From Eledone cirrhosa (Eukaryota), in assembly GCA_964016885.1 (NCBI GenBank), contig OZ024754.1:2604001-2668000 (forward strand): a DNA stretch of 64,000 nt, in the 5' to 3' direction. The notes under the pieces are model-generated. The model was not told the origin of the DNA, made no database searches, and saw only the letters and a list, made by a program, of their open reading frames with translations. A program made the translations under genes and the position numbers. Each line of letters opens with the position of its first letter. The stretch's first letter is position 1. Shown here piece after piece: positions 1 to 14,168 of this stretch.

Positions 1-87
<87 letters not shown>

Positions 88-388
88 ACACTCGTATGTT
101 TAAACATATTATTGCTTGAACTCTGTCTGTTCCGACGATGAGAGTTCGAATGATTTCATAAACATGATCAAGAAATAAACATGCAATTTGCTCAGCTTCA
201 AACTGCCACGTGTACACTTATGTTGTTCAGAGCGGCGTGTCTAAGGAACCGGCTCAGAAGTGCACCGGTTGGTGAGGAGGGCACAGAATTGAGCCACGCG
301 CCGCAGTTTCGTTGCTTTGGTTGCAAGGTGGAACTGTGATAGGTGAGATCTTATTGGCCCAAGGAAGCTAAACCTGATTTCGTTCCAG

Positions 389-575
389 TTACACTGGACA
401 GTTGTCTACTGGGGGACAGTGAGTCCTTCTTTGGCCCAATCGGTTAGAGCTGACTCTAGTTCCCGGATCACGTCAGGTTTTGCCACCCTGCGAAGTACCT
501 CGGTAATGAGAGTCCAGCTGGATGAGATTGTGGAGGCGATTGAGGACACAGGCCTGCAGTGCCAGGCCAGAAGTG
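389..575 (+). other. Possible exon or coding remnant, identity unresolved
   Basis: GC-richer unique segment with ttccag| at 388 and |gtaagc at 576. One open frame ends VQLDEIVEAIEDTGLQCQARS, loosely like the end of an HMA metal-binding domain, but there is no CxxC motif and no partner exon. Confidence 0.2.
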
Positions 576-997
576 GTAAGCTGGTTATGATATTTTTGCC
601 CATTAATGACTTGTAACTGTGATATTGTAATTAGTCAGAGTATTTCAGGTTTTATGTGCTCCAACTTCTCAAGACTACCTTTTTCTGCATTTTTCTGAAA
701 ATGCCATCTGCTAATACTCTGTGCCAGGTCTTTATTTATCTACAGATAGTTTATATGGTGTGTGCGCCTCTGTGTGTGTGTGTATGAGGGGGACTACGTT
801 CTTTAATATCAAAACACAGAGAGAACCATGCAAGATGTTCATTAAACCTCAGTGTGTATATTGATATCGTACCTTGGTTAAATATATTCTGTGAATGATT
901 TAAAGTAGACAAACAGTTTCCAATTATTTCAAAGTGTTCAGAAAAGAAACGCACATATGTTCTTACATATGGTTACAGTTTATTGGCTTGGCTTCAT

Positions 998-1046
<49 letters not shown>

Positions 1047-1082
1047 AATTCTTTGAATATATCTATTCATATATATAAAATG

Positions 1083-1124
<42 letters not shown>

Positions 1125-1128
<4 letters not shown>

Positions 1129-1152
1129 ATAATAATAAATGTGAAGACTAAA
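1125..1152 (-). mobile_element. Family G tail fragment in (TA)n
   Basis: agtaataataataaatgtgaagactaaa is identical to the sequence at 9872 and 60708. Confidence 0.7.
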
Positions 1153-1180
1153 TATAATAATACATACATATATATATATA

Positions 1181-1275
<95 letters not shown>

Positions 1276-1360
1276 TTATATATGTATGTATATATGTGTG
1301 TCTGTGTATATAAATGCGTGTGTATAATTGTGTGCGTATATATATATATATACATATATG

Positions 1361-1422
<62 letters not shown>

Positions 1423-2270
1423 CAAGGGTTATTCTCACAAAGTTTTCTTTTTTTCCTCTCCCAACAACATGCCCTCTTCTCTATGACAAAGGTTTACGAC
1501 ATCCGAAATATTAAGACATTTCTCTAATTTCTTCTTAACGTTATACAAATATCATAAATTTCTATCCCCTTTCATCAAATAGAAATCTTTATTTCCTTCA
1601 TTATTTATTTTCCTTGTTCAAAGGTTTTGTAAGTAAAGTACAGAGTACTCACAAAAGATAAAATAGGAAAACAAGTTGATTTTTGAAACCGCAGCTGTTA
1701 ATTCAAGAAACTAAACGTACTATCTCTATTTTTTAATTTTATTTTAATTTGTATTTCTATAGCTCCAAGATGGTGGTAACACTAATTAGCAACACTGACA
1801 ATAGCAGACGACATTGCTTTCATCAAGATATTCTTTCTTTTTTTCCTATTATCTTTTCATCTGCTCTCAAACATCAACCACAACAATAACAAGCAATTAA
1901 ATTCGAATTAGATTGTTTGAATAATTATTGTTATTGTTGTTAGCTATAATCTCGACAAGAACTATCAATCGCGGATAGACGATATCTCAACATGGTTCCA
2001 AAAATTTCGCTGGAAGAAATTTCAGTTTCATTTCGTTTCAGTTCCACTTCGCTTTGCTGCTGTCTTCCTGCCTGAAGACTTTGACAGTCTGCCGTTCCCT
2101 CTCCCTCGCCATACTCTACCCAGGGACGCTCTACTACCTCTTACTCTATTAACAGAAAGACACCATCATATATTAACTTTTTCATAGATGTCACCCTTCT
2201 TCTTCTTCTTCTTCTTCTTCTTCTTCTTCTTCTTCTTCTTCTTCCAACATAACATATTTGAGTTGATACA

Positions 2271-2326
<56 letters not shown>

Positions 2327-2335
2327 GTCTCACTC

Positions 2336-2385
<50 letters not shown>

Positions 2386-2436
2386 CATATAGAGAGAGAT
2401 AGATAGGGGGGGGGGGGGGGAGAAAGAGAGAGAGAG

Positions 2437-2626
2437 ATTCGCAATCGTCGTGAGGTTGTCAGTTCAATTCCTGGACCGGGCGATGCGTTATGTCCTTGAG
2501 CGAGACACTTTATTTCACGTTGCTCTTTCTACTTGGAGTTGCGACCGATAGATAGTAATAGCAATTGGAAAGACCGACGGAAACATTGTTTCCTCGGTCC
2601 GATTGGACGAAATTCGATCGATTCTT
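2437..2626 (+). mobile_element. tRNA-derived SINE family 2, 5'-truncated
   Basis: B-box-like agttcaattcc; body and 3' hairpin region align by eye to the reverse complement of 45765-45985. Confidence 0.8.
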
Positions 2627-2643
2627 TATATATATATATACGC

Positions 2644-2835
2644 TTATCCCGAGTTCAATAGGGGGTAACCACAGTAAGTAAGGTACTCAATCCAAAGCAG
2701 AGTATAAATATTTAATATAGAAAGGCTGCTACAGGACTAGAACTGTTTCATTCGGGAGAAATCATTAGAGCTTCATGATTATTTCTCCCGAATGAAACAG
2801 TTCTAGTCCTGTAGAAGCCTTTCTATATTAAATAT
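2644..2835 (-). mobile_element. Family B fold-back element with degenerate HHR cores in both arms
   Basis: Inverted arms about 2706-2768 / 2775-2835, (TA)n both sides; homologous to 12899, 19764 and 55219. Confidence 0.85.
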
Positions 2836-2839
2836 ATAT

Positions 2840-2894
<55 letters not shown>

Positions 2895-3006
2895 GTTTGT
2901 GTGTGTATGTGTAGACATGCATCCGTCTATCTGTGTGTGTGTGTCTATATATATGTGTGTGTGAACGTGTATTTATCTCCTCTATCACTCTGTATGTATA
3001 TATATA

Positions 3007-3106
<100 letters not shown>

Positions 3107-3877
3107 GAGACACAGAGAGCGAACGCTGGAGAAAAAGACAGACAGAAGTTGTGAGTGTACATGTTATGTGTATGTGAAAATTAATCAATATTTATTGACC
3201 CATTCTTAAAGACATCGAATTCTGGTTCAAATGTTTTAACATCCAGAAATGAACCCCTAAAATGGTAAATAAAACTAATACATTCATTTCAGCAGAGAAT
3301 CTATACGTTCCTCCTTGTATATGTTCTTAAGAAGCCATGGTGATTAATTTTCTGTTATTTTAAGTTCTTTCTAGTTGGAGTAACCTTCGTAGATGTCGGC
3401 AGTTCTTGGATGGTAATGCCGCGCTATAGTCCGAAATTCTTCAACCGTTACAGCAGTTGACTTCCCCCTTATAGAGGGGAGATACATAAAGGAAGAATAA
3501 GGAGGAAAACAAACAAAAGTAGAGCAAAAAAGAGAATATTATGATAAATATAGTTATAAAAACAACGGATATTATATGGAACTCATACTACAGGAGTTTA
3601 ATGGTATTATAGAGACAACGGTTACAACAGACACAAATACACTCACATACGTACACTCACATACGTACATTCACACACGTACACACACACACACGTATAC
3701 GCACGCATGTACACACACACACACGTACACTGTGTGTAAAGGAGATTGGAATATATTGTTCGTTCCCCAGATAATGTAGCCAATATATATATATATATAT
3801 ATATTTGTATATATATATATATATACATATATATGTATACATATATACAGATATATACATATATAATTAAATATACT

Positions 3878-3944
<67 letters not shown>

Positions 3945-3949
<5 letters not shown>

Positions 3950-4115
3950 GTGAGGTTTTTTTTTACAAAATGAAAAATAACCGGGGTGTCCTACACGAGT
4001 GAAAGTATTAAGAAAAAAAGATGAAATCGAAAATGCAACTGGAGTCTTATTTTTTTTTAAATATATCTTTTTTTTTTTAAATAAGACTCCAGTTGCATTT
4101 TCGATTTCATCTTTT

Positions 4116-4116
<1 letters not shown>
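3945..4116. mobile_element. Asymmetric fold-back insert in (TA)n
   Basis: aaaagatgaaatcgaaaatgcaactggagtcttattt (about 4016-4052) and its reverse complement (about 4079-4115); extra unique tail on the left; no HHR core seen. Confidence 0.7.
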
Positions 4117-4192
<76 letters not shown>

Positions 4193-4201
<9 letters not shown>

Positions 4202-4750
4202 TAAACAAATAATGAATAAACAATGAGACAGTTCCTTATATTAAACAAAAAAAGTTCATTATTTAACGATCGTTTCTAGGATATATATGTGTTAGAATTG
4301 GCATGCATATTCAACAGATCTATGTACAAAATTATACAAAATTATACAAACTATCAAGATTAAATATACATACCAACACATATATACGCCGTCTTCAGAA
4401 ATAATAATTATTTCTGAAGACAGCGTATATATGTGTTGGTATGTATATTTAATCTTGATAGTTTGTATAATTTTGTATAATTTTGTACATAGATCTGTTG
4501 AATATGCATGCCAATTCTAACACATATATATCCTAGAAACGATCGTTAAATAATGAACTTTTTTTGTTTAATATAAGGAACTGTCTCATTGTTTATTCAT
4601 TATTTGTTTAATATTTTATCTTGACTCTGTATACCGTTTATCTTTCACCGAAAGTGATTTTTCATTACATCTCTTCTTTCCATGATATCCGGAATACATT
4701 GAGTTCTTCATACGGATTGGACACTACCGTAAACTCTTGGTAGATTTATC

Positions 4751-4753
<3 letters not shown>
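4193..4753 (+). mobile_element. Young fold-back PLE-like element: about 210-bp near-perfect inverted repeat plus 3' tail
   Basis: Arms 4193-4405 / 4407-4619 differ at one position by eye; each carries a full HHR motif; (TA)n on both sides. Confidence 0.9.
4407..4554 (+). ncRNA. Type I hammerhead ribozyme motif (mirror copy on - strand at 4258-4405)
   Basis: attattt CTGAAGA [long stem II: tatatatgtgttgg...ctaacacatatata] GAAA cgatcg TT aaataat. Stem I is 7 bp, stem III is palindromic, predicted cleavage triplet GUU. Confidence 0.85.
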
Positions 4754-4808
<55 letters not shown>

Positions 4809-4908
4809 CTTTTTTGCTACAATGTTTTCTATACCTTTCATTTATATATATATTTATATAAATATATGTATACATATATACAGATATATACATATATAAA
4901 TAAATATA

Positions 4909-4980
<72 letters not shown>

Positions 4981-4981
4981 G

Positions 4982-5017
<36 letters not shown>

Positions 5018-5078
5018 AGTATATTTATTTATATATGTATATATATATATACATCTATCAATATATAAATACATATAC

Positions 5079-5128
<50 letters not shown>

Positions 5129-5130
5129 GT

Positions 5131-5167
<37 letters not shown>

Positions 5168-5204
5168 TATATGTATATAGACATTCATGTATACATATAT
5201 GTTC

Positions 5205-5316
<112 letters not shown>

Positions 5317-5492
5317 TGTGTGTGTGTGTGTGGGTGTGTGCTAACATGACAAAATATCCACCCATCCACTGAATCTATATACAGAACTATAAATGAGTCG
5401 AACTGTTTGATCTATATAACAACTGCTCAATGTTACCTTCATGTCACAAAGTTCAGGTCGGGAGTTAGAGGTCTCTCTCTCTCTCTCGCTCT

Positions 5493-5606
<114 letters not shown>

Positions 5607-5609
5607 ATT

Positions 5610-5770
5610 TACTGCAAAGGCTCCGAGAAAAAGACCCAATGCAATATAAAATAAAAATACGATAAGCAAGTATTGAGAAGCCAAGAGAGCCATACAATAT
5701 ATCCTGTGGGTTACTTAAATATGGTGTCAGACCTGGTTTCATGATCCCTAAATATACCCTTTTGTTTTTC
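5610..5770 (-). pseudogene. Possible degenerate CR1/L2-group LINE RT fragment
   Basis: Translation has YLGI...GSLGF...ILY...SLCSKLE, resembling the post-RT YLG / LGFI / LVRSKLEY motifs. Confidence 0.35.
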
Positions 5771-6024
5771 AAAGGGACACAATGCATATTCATTATATGA
5801 TAGTAACGGAAGTTATTTCATCTATAAATATATATATATATATAATACATTAACAGAGAAACCTTTAAGCGATACTCTGACCAACTCAATCTCACTCAAC
5901 AAACATTAGGATATACCTAAGTATAATCCCAATTTAGTGTTTGGGGTGCTAACTATACAGTATTCAGTGGAAAGTTGGTTGTATTATTTTATATGAGACA
6001 CAATTAAATAAATCTCTCTTTCCT

Positions 6025-6147
6025 TCCATACGATCGTTTCGTTATAAGATTTCTACAAGTTGGGATAAATAAAGTCCAGGTTATGTAGAAACTTGTATAT
6101 AATCCATAGATATACATACAAGTGGGCACTTATAACTCATCAGTGGA
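6025..6147 (-). ncRNA. Type I hammerhead ribozyme motif within insert about 5850-6378
   Basis: Minus strand: tcca CTGATGA gttataag...cttataac GAAA cgatcg TA tgga. Canonical core, 8-bp base of stem II, palindromic stem III, GUA triplet. Confidence 0.85.
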
Positions 6148-6374
6148 TGCCCATGCAATATCGATATAAGAAACTACATCGATATTAATAAAATAGTGAT
6201 GGTCACCGTCAGTGCTAGAAGGACAGCTAAATTTGAAAAGCCAGTAGTCCTTCAAAAATAAAATTCACACTGTCCCCAAAAGAGAAGGGGAGGTCATCGT
6301 AAAATATAAAATAATATACACGCTGGTTATTGAAGCCTGTTATGTATTTTAACCACGTGTTTAAGAACTCAATT

Positions 6375-6429
<55 letters not shown>

Positions 6430-6483
6430 ATAAGAAAAAAGTGAAGCTGTTAGATAAAGTATATAGTATATACCATTGAGTCC

Positions 6484-6515
<32 letters not shown>

Positions 6516-6933
6516 TGAGAACTATCTTGAACTGATCTCTGGCAAAAGACTGCGAATTATTTATCTCATTATTTTGTTTGTGTATCTTATATATATATAT
6601 CTATACATACATATGTGTGTGTGTATGTGTGGTTGTGTGTCAGTGTGTAAAAGGTTCCATATTTAATGTACAGTACTAGTAGCATTTAACAAATGATTTA
6701 ATACCTCTTCTTTATTGTGTAGAATCCATCTTCTAGATACAAGATATGATGTCATATATATGGCATGGGGTTCTTGTGTCCATATATCTCTGAGTGTAAA
6801 TATCCAAGTAGAGATATCACTAGGATACGCCATGTGAAGGAAATATAGTCCACGTGATTAGCATATATGTATATAAATATAAGTATTTATATACGAGTAT
6901 ATGCATATATATAAGTATATATATATATATAAC

Positions 6934-7076
<143 letters not shown>

Positions 7077-7299
7077 GTGTATATATATACTCACCTACCA
7101 CTTACACACATGTGTGTGCATACATATATATATATATATTTATATATAATATACACACACACACAAATATATATATATTTGGATATATGTATTTGTATAC
7201 ATAATATTTATATATATATTCATTTATATACATAAATTATATATATATATACAGATATATATATTTATATGTATGTATATAAATATATATATGCATATA

Positions 7300-7388
<89 letters not shown>

Positions 7389-7467
7389 TATATAGTTCAT
7401 GTGTATACACTCATATATAGATGTATATATATATACATATGTATGTATATATATACGTATGTATAAA

Positions 7468-7501
<34 letters not shown>

Positions 7502-7784
7502 GTTTGTATGTGTATGTATATTCATAGATATAGCATGAGTCAGTATTTCAGTATTTACTGAAACAAAATCTCATGCATGTATGTAATCTGTGATATAAAC
7601 GTGAGCAGAATAAGTAGATACATAACATGTATATAAATAGTATGAATCTGCAAATATGTAATTTATAATACAAAGGTAATTAATGTGTGAATATATATAT
7701 TTGTGTTTACTATTGCATATATAGAACAAAAAGCATATATTGATAAACCCAAAATGGTTGTACTATACATATATATACTTATAT

Positions 7785-7828
<44 letters not shown>

Positions 7829-7851
7829 AATATATATATTATGTATATATA

Positions 7852-7927
<76 letters not shown>

Positions 7928-8772
7928 AATCAATCCTGTAAACATAAAAGGTCAAACTGACCTTAATGTGATTTGAACTTAGAATTGAGAATATAAAGAT
8001 ACAAAACACTCAGTTATTTTATTTCAGCCTGGGGCTCTACTAGGGCTGACAATTAAATATTTGTAATTTCTCTTTAGTTAACTATATCCCTTTCCTGGCC
8101 CTTTGCCATGTGTTTTGTCAAAAATAATCAACTGAACGTTCTTCTAAAATAAACTTGTTACGTCTCGGTACAATGGCAGTAAATTTCACGGAGCCGATTA
8201 TCGAGAAACTTTATACCATCTTAACTTCATTCATTCATTCTTCTATTCATTCATTTATTCAATCGTTCATTCCTTGATTCCTTTTCAAAATGAAATATAT
8301 AAAAGCAACACATGTTGTAAAATACCACGTACTTTTGTTAACTGGATTATTTACTACAAAATATCAAGCTTTGTTTTTCAGAAGATGTCACGTGGCAGTA
8401 AGATTTTCCGGTGTACAACACAAAGAAGAAGCTAGAAAAATACTCAACGCATGAAATAATTCTATCAAAAGATTGTGTTTGCTATAGAAGAATCTTCCTA
8501 TTTACTGTAGAGTAATTAAAGTCTGCTGTTAATTCTGCCAATTCTAGTTTTATCATAATCCTCATCTCATTTAATCAGTTTATTCAGAATTTAGTCATTG
8601 AAATTATATCTGGTAAATAAACTCCATCCTTTCAAAGTTTTGTGTATATTTCTTTATATGTTTGTGTCTATGTATATTTGTATGTATGTAAATATGTATG
8701 TATGTTTGTTTGAATATATGTACATGTATGTCTGAGTATTTATACGTGTATATATATATATACATAGGTCTG

Positions 8773-8846
<74 letters not shown>

Positions 8847-8880
8847 CATATAGGTCTGTATATACATATATGTATATATA

Positions 8881-8946
8881 TGTAGGAGGTGAGTTTTTAT
8901 TGTAGTACAATAAAGCAATGCAGATATCGGATAAGTAGCACTCAAT
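8881..8946 (-). mobile_element. Family E tail fragment in (TA)n
   Basis: Near-identical to 45163-45226 (tgtaggaggtgagtttttattgtagtacaataaagcaatgcagatatcggataag). Confidence 0.8.
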
Positions 8947-8954
8947 ATATACGC

Positions 8955-9045
<91 letters not shown>

Positions 9046-9057
9046 TATATATATACG

Positions 9058-9088
<31 letters not shown>

Positions 9089-9109
9089 GTATGTTAATAT
9101 ATATATAAT

Positions 9110-9149
<40 letters not shown>

Positions 9150-9150
<1 letters not shown>

Positions 9151-9238
9151 CGTATCTTGCACAAGGGCATCGTGAGTCACAAATAATCGAAATCACAATC
9201 TTACTGTCATCGGCCGAACACCCTACCCGCTAAGCCAC
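9150..9238 (-). mobile_element. Degenerate SINE family 2 head
   Basis: Minus strand begins gtggcttagcgggtagggtgttcgg (A-box-like) and ends gcccttgtgcaagatac, matching the family 2 body. Confidence 0.55.
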
Positions 9239-9254
9239 ATACATACATATGTAC

Positions 9255-9285
<31 letters not shown>

Positions 9286-9650
9286 CATACATACATACAT
9301 ACATACATACATACATACATACATACATACATACATACATACACACCTTACATGCATACATACAATTTCTGGTGTAGGTGGCTGCTTTGAGGATATTCAT
9401 GATGGTAGTGACGTCAGCCGTGTGTATATGTCTGCGAGTGTTGGTTGCTGGTGCGGAGTTCCTCTTGATTATTCCAAGACATCACGAAGGCAATAATTGT
9501 CTCTACTTCATTCAGGCCTCTTGTGTCATTGTTGAAGAATCAGTGGTGTTTAGAATAAGCTAAGAGATTAGTCGAGGAACTCCTGCCTGGCGAAAACTTC
9601 GGAGCCATCAAATATTGCTGCGTCTCCTAGCCTAAGGCATAAGATGTCTC

Positions 9651-9854
<204 letters not shown>

Positions 9855-9871
9855 TGTGTGTGTGTGTACAT

Positions 9872-9997
9872 AGTAATAATAATAAATGTGAAGACTAAAA
9901 TCCAAAGAGGGCTCGATAAATATATATATAATATATAAGGGCCCGTTAAGGGTGAAAGCAGCGATTCTTTGCTTAAACTTTAATCTGTTATTTTAAT
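9872..9997 (-). mobile_element. Family G fold-back element, internally deleted
   Basis: Tail matches 60708-60755; the right part (cccgttaagggtgaaagcagcgattctttgcttaaact...) is the reverse complement of 60792-60847. Confidence 0.85.
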
Positions 9998-10127
9998 ATA
10001 TATATATATATATTATATATATATAGGCAACAAAGAATGCTTCTAAAAGAGAATATTTTGAACATATTGAAACATTTATCATATGATTACATCAGTAACA
10101 GACTACTACTACTACTACTACTATATA

Positions 10128-10190
<63 letters not shown>

Positions 10191-10382
10191 TACTACTACT
10201 ACAGCTACAGTTGCTGCTGTTGACTATTTCACTAGCTTTCTCTTCGTCCGTCACTTTTCCATGTCAAATCTTTACTATTTAGTCTTCTCTTAGTTTACCT
10301 GAATATTTTGAGTCTAGTAAACATCTTCTACACGTTTCGCTTTATTTAGTTCTATTTTAAAGGTTATTATTAACAATGAAAC

Positions 10383-10418
<36 letters not shown>

Positions 10419-10485
10419 TATTGTCATTGTTTTGTTGTTGTTATTGTTAGTATTGTCGTTGCTTTGCAGCATCACCGTCGGCTAT

Positions 10486-10586
<101 letters not shown>

Positions 10587-10592
10587 GTGTAA

Positions 10593-10645
<53 letters not shown>

Positions 10646-10726
10646 AATATATGTGTATATATATATACATACATATATACATATATAAATATACATATAT
10701 ATATACATACATATGTATATATATAT

Positions 10727-10802
<76 letters not shown>

Positions 10803-11206
10803 TATATGCTTATATATATTATTGCTTGTTAGTGTATTATTTTGCCCGGAGTTGTTCCTATAGTATGCAAAAACGAAGGGAGTACAATGACTCTACAAGG
10901 TCAACTTAGGTTTATACATCTTTGATGTGAATCACACAAAAGAATTTGACCTTTCGGCAATGGAATATAAGAAGAAAGTTTCGGTTTTTGTAGCCTAACC
11001 TGAATTTCGTTGATCCATAATCATTCAATGAATGTCTTCGGGCAAAATGACTGCCAGCAACTGCCAACAGCGGCACAGAGAAAGCTTACATACGTTTGTG
11101 TTTGTGTTATGTATGCATGTATATATATATATATGTGTGTGTTATATATTTTTCTCTTTTTGAAATAATATACTTGTGCGTGTTGTGCGTATATGTTGAT
11201 GCGTGC

Positions 11207-11300
<94 letters not shown>

Positions 11301-11417
11301 GCGTGTGCATGTGTGTATGAGGACTGGAACCTCTTGAAACGTAACTTATCATTATTGAGTATTCTTCATCTGAGGACCTGTAAAGTAATACAAATAGACA
11401 TACACATATATAGACAC

Positions 11418-11493
<76 letters not shown>

Positions 11494-11599
11494 GTTATAT
11501 ATATATATATAGACATATATATAGAGATATATATGCATATACATAGATATGTAGATATATACATAAATATATATGTATATATAAATATATACATATATG

Positions 11600-11631
<32 letters not shown>

Positions 11632-11803
11632 TACATATATACATATATTGACATACACGTAAACAAATAAACAAATAAATCGATAAACAAACAAATACAA
11701 AAAAGTAAATATACAAATAAATATATAGTTAAATAAATCATAGACCTCTGAATGTGATGATGAAGATTGACGCGTGAGAGATACCATGTATTTCATGACA
11801 GAG

Positions 11804-11889
<86 letters not shown>

Positions 11890-11996
11890 CTGAGAGAGAG
11901 TGTGAGAGAAAGGGAGAGAGAGACAAAGAGAGAGAGGGAGAGAGAGAGTGAGAGAGAGACACAGAGAGAGTGTGTGTACGAGAAAGAGAGAGAGAA

Positions 11997-12059
<63 letters not shown>

Positions 12060-12579
12060 GAGTGTGTGTTAGAAAACGATAGTGAAAGAGTGAGAGAAAG
12101 AGAGGGAGGGAGAGAGAGTGTGAGAGAGAGAGGGAGGGAGAGAGAGCGAGAGAGAGAGAAAGAGAGGGAGGAAGAGAGAGCGAGAGAGAGAGAAAGAGAG
12201 GGAGGAAGAGAGGGAGAGAGAGAGAGATAGAGAGAGGGAGGGAGAGGTAGAGTGAGTATCTTTTTAACAGGCAATGGTAAACTTTATTTATATTTAAGTT
12301 ATTTTTTTATTTGTTGTTATTCTTTTAAAAAAAAAAAAAAAAAGAATCGACCACAATGAACTAAAGCATTCATTATCGACTATTTATGTCTGGACAAAGT
12401 CGTTGCACACGTATACACACCATATAACTATGGTACGTATACTAAAGCATACAGGCGCGTGCACTCACGCACACTGACACAGAGGTATACGGTATGTTTG
12501 ACAAAACACAAAGCAAACGAAAGTCACTTAGGTAAAAATGGTCTTTCTTCGTTTTACCACGACGATAATGTCGATCCTC

Positions 12580-12626
<47 letters not shown>

Positions 12627-12674
12627 TAGAATCTCCCCCTTTATGAAACAGTATATATATATATATGTATATAT

Positions 12675-12872
12675 AAGAAAAAGTATGACCCCGACGGCAG
12701 AGCTCAAGCCGTTTCGACGGCTATTTCTTGTACGTATACTAAAGCATACGTCGAAACGGCGTGAGCTCTGCCGTCGGGGTCATACTTTTTCCTATTTCCC
12801 ACTCTACTACCCTAAGTATTGAGTACTCTGGTGCGTTATGGTCCATCTGGTTCTTTACCCCAATTCCTTTGT
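12675..12872 (+). mobile_element. Family A fold-back element (half-HHR)
   Basis: Inverted arms gaccccgacggcagagctcaagccgtttcgac / gtcgaaacggcgtgagctctgccgtcggggtc followed by the family A tail and (TA)n. Confidence 0.9.
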
Positions 12873-12898
12873 TATATATATATATACGTATGTATATA

Positions 12899-13030
12899 TA
12901 AATAATATAGAAATGGCTTCTACCTAAGTAAGGTACTCAATACATAGCAGAATATAAATATTTAATATAGAAATGGCTTCTATTTCATTCGGGAGAAATC
13001 ATCAGGAAAGCTTTCTAGATGATTTATCCC
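12899..13030 (-). mobile_element. Family B element, rearranged and partial
   Basis: aaggtactcaat...tttcattcgggagaaatcatcaggaaagctttc; CTGATGA...GAAA on the minus strand, stem III deleted. Confidence 0.75.
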
Positions 13031-13602
13031 AAAGTTAGCCCTGATCAAGCAAAGATAGGAGAGTAAAATAAAAAGTTCATAGTTTGACCAAGATACTCTC
13101 ATGGAATGACCAAACGAGGTTTATATTTGTGTAATATGTCGCGTAATGACATTGTAGACAAAGCTACACAATTATAAAGCAAACAACTAAAACACGCCGC
13201 CATACCTGGATGTTCTATATACACGTTCCACAATATATTTGTTCAGAATGCTTAAGTAAAAGATATAAAGAGAGAGAAAGATGTCTTCAATGATATATGT
13301 AAAGAACGCCACGTGTTCTGAGACTAAAGCTGTGAAACACTGTTTTATATCAACACTCGCGTGGTGTATTACAACAGCATTCATGTAGGGTAATAGCTAC
13401 ATCAACACTAATGTTATGTCTTAAACTAACAGCTATGGAATGTAGTATAAGCAGTAGACATGAAATGTACTATAGTAGTGTCGTAATATTTACTTTCGCT
13501 TATTATATCAATGAGCTAATGAGAATAAGTCTACATGTGGTTTGCTCGGACTACTAGATGTAATAGCTAAATCTCTCTCTCGATCGATCGATTTTTAGAT
13601 GG

Positions 13603-13800
13603 GTGTTTCTTGGGGCATTTCTACATTGGTTAGCCAATTTCCCTCCAGGGGTAGCACCCACGAACATGACACTCTGGTATCTTTGGTTGTGTTACCATGA
13701 AGTGGCTTTCCCTATCTTATGTTTAGTCCTAGCAAAGCTATTCCGTGATTTGCTCCTGTACAATGGGGAAATCCCTTTCATGTCCATTTGTATGAGGCAA
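13603..13800 (-). pseudogene. Penelope-like element ORF remnant (RT thumb to linker region)
   Basis: Single minus frame with one stop: GISPLYRSKSRNSFARTKHKIGKATSW*HNQRYQSVMFVGATPGGKLANQC, resembling the PLYR...W...Y.SV.FV.ATPG.EL block I recall from invertebrate PLE proteins. Not in the ORF track. Confidence 0.6.
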
Positions 13801-13964
13801 TCCCTACAAAAAGTAAGTTGTTCCCAACCTGACTACATTTAGAACAGGCTCTATTGATAACATGACCAATGTTGGTTTGTGGAGAGAGAAAACCAAGGGT
13901 AAATATAAGTGAATATTCTAATTTTCAACCATTTTTTAAGGCATTATCGGCATCTATGTAATGG

Positions 13965-14155
13965 TTTTTGATTTAGACACAAAGCCAACAAATCGACCCC
14001 AGGGCGTTACTGGTACTATATTTAATCGACCCCGTAAGGATGAAAAGTAACGTTAACCTCGGTGGGATTTGAAATCAGAACGTAAAGGGTCGTAACTATA
14101 TACCGCAATGCATGTTGTCCAGAGTTCTACTGATTACTGCAAATCTACCGCACTC
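13965..14155 (-). mobile_element. tRNA-derived SINE family 1, diverged copy
   Basis: ttactggtacta...atcgaccccgtaaggatgaaaag...ctcggtgggatttgaa core shared with the other copies. Confidence 0.8.
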
Positions 14156-14168
14156 GGCATATATATAA

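Noticed and set aside
9365-9640. GC-richer block, possible R4/Dong-type LINE C-terminus on the minus strand
   Set aside because: Needs frameshifts and matches only a few residues.
13599-13812. Plus-strand exon candidate (ag|...|gtaagt)
   Set aside because: The plus translation is unrecognisable, while the minus strand carries PLE-like motifs.
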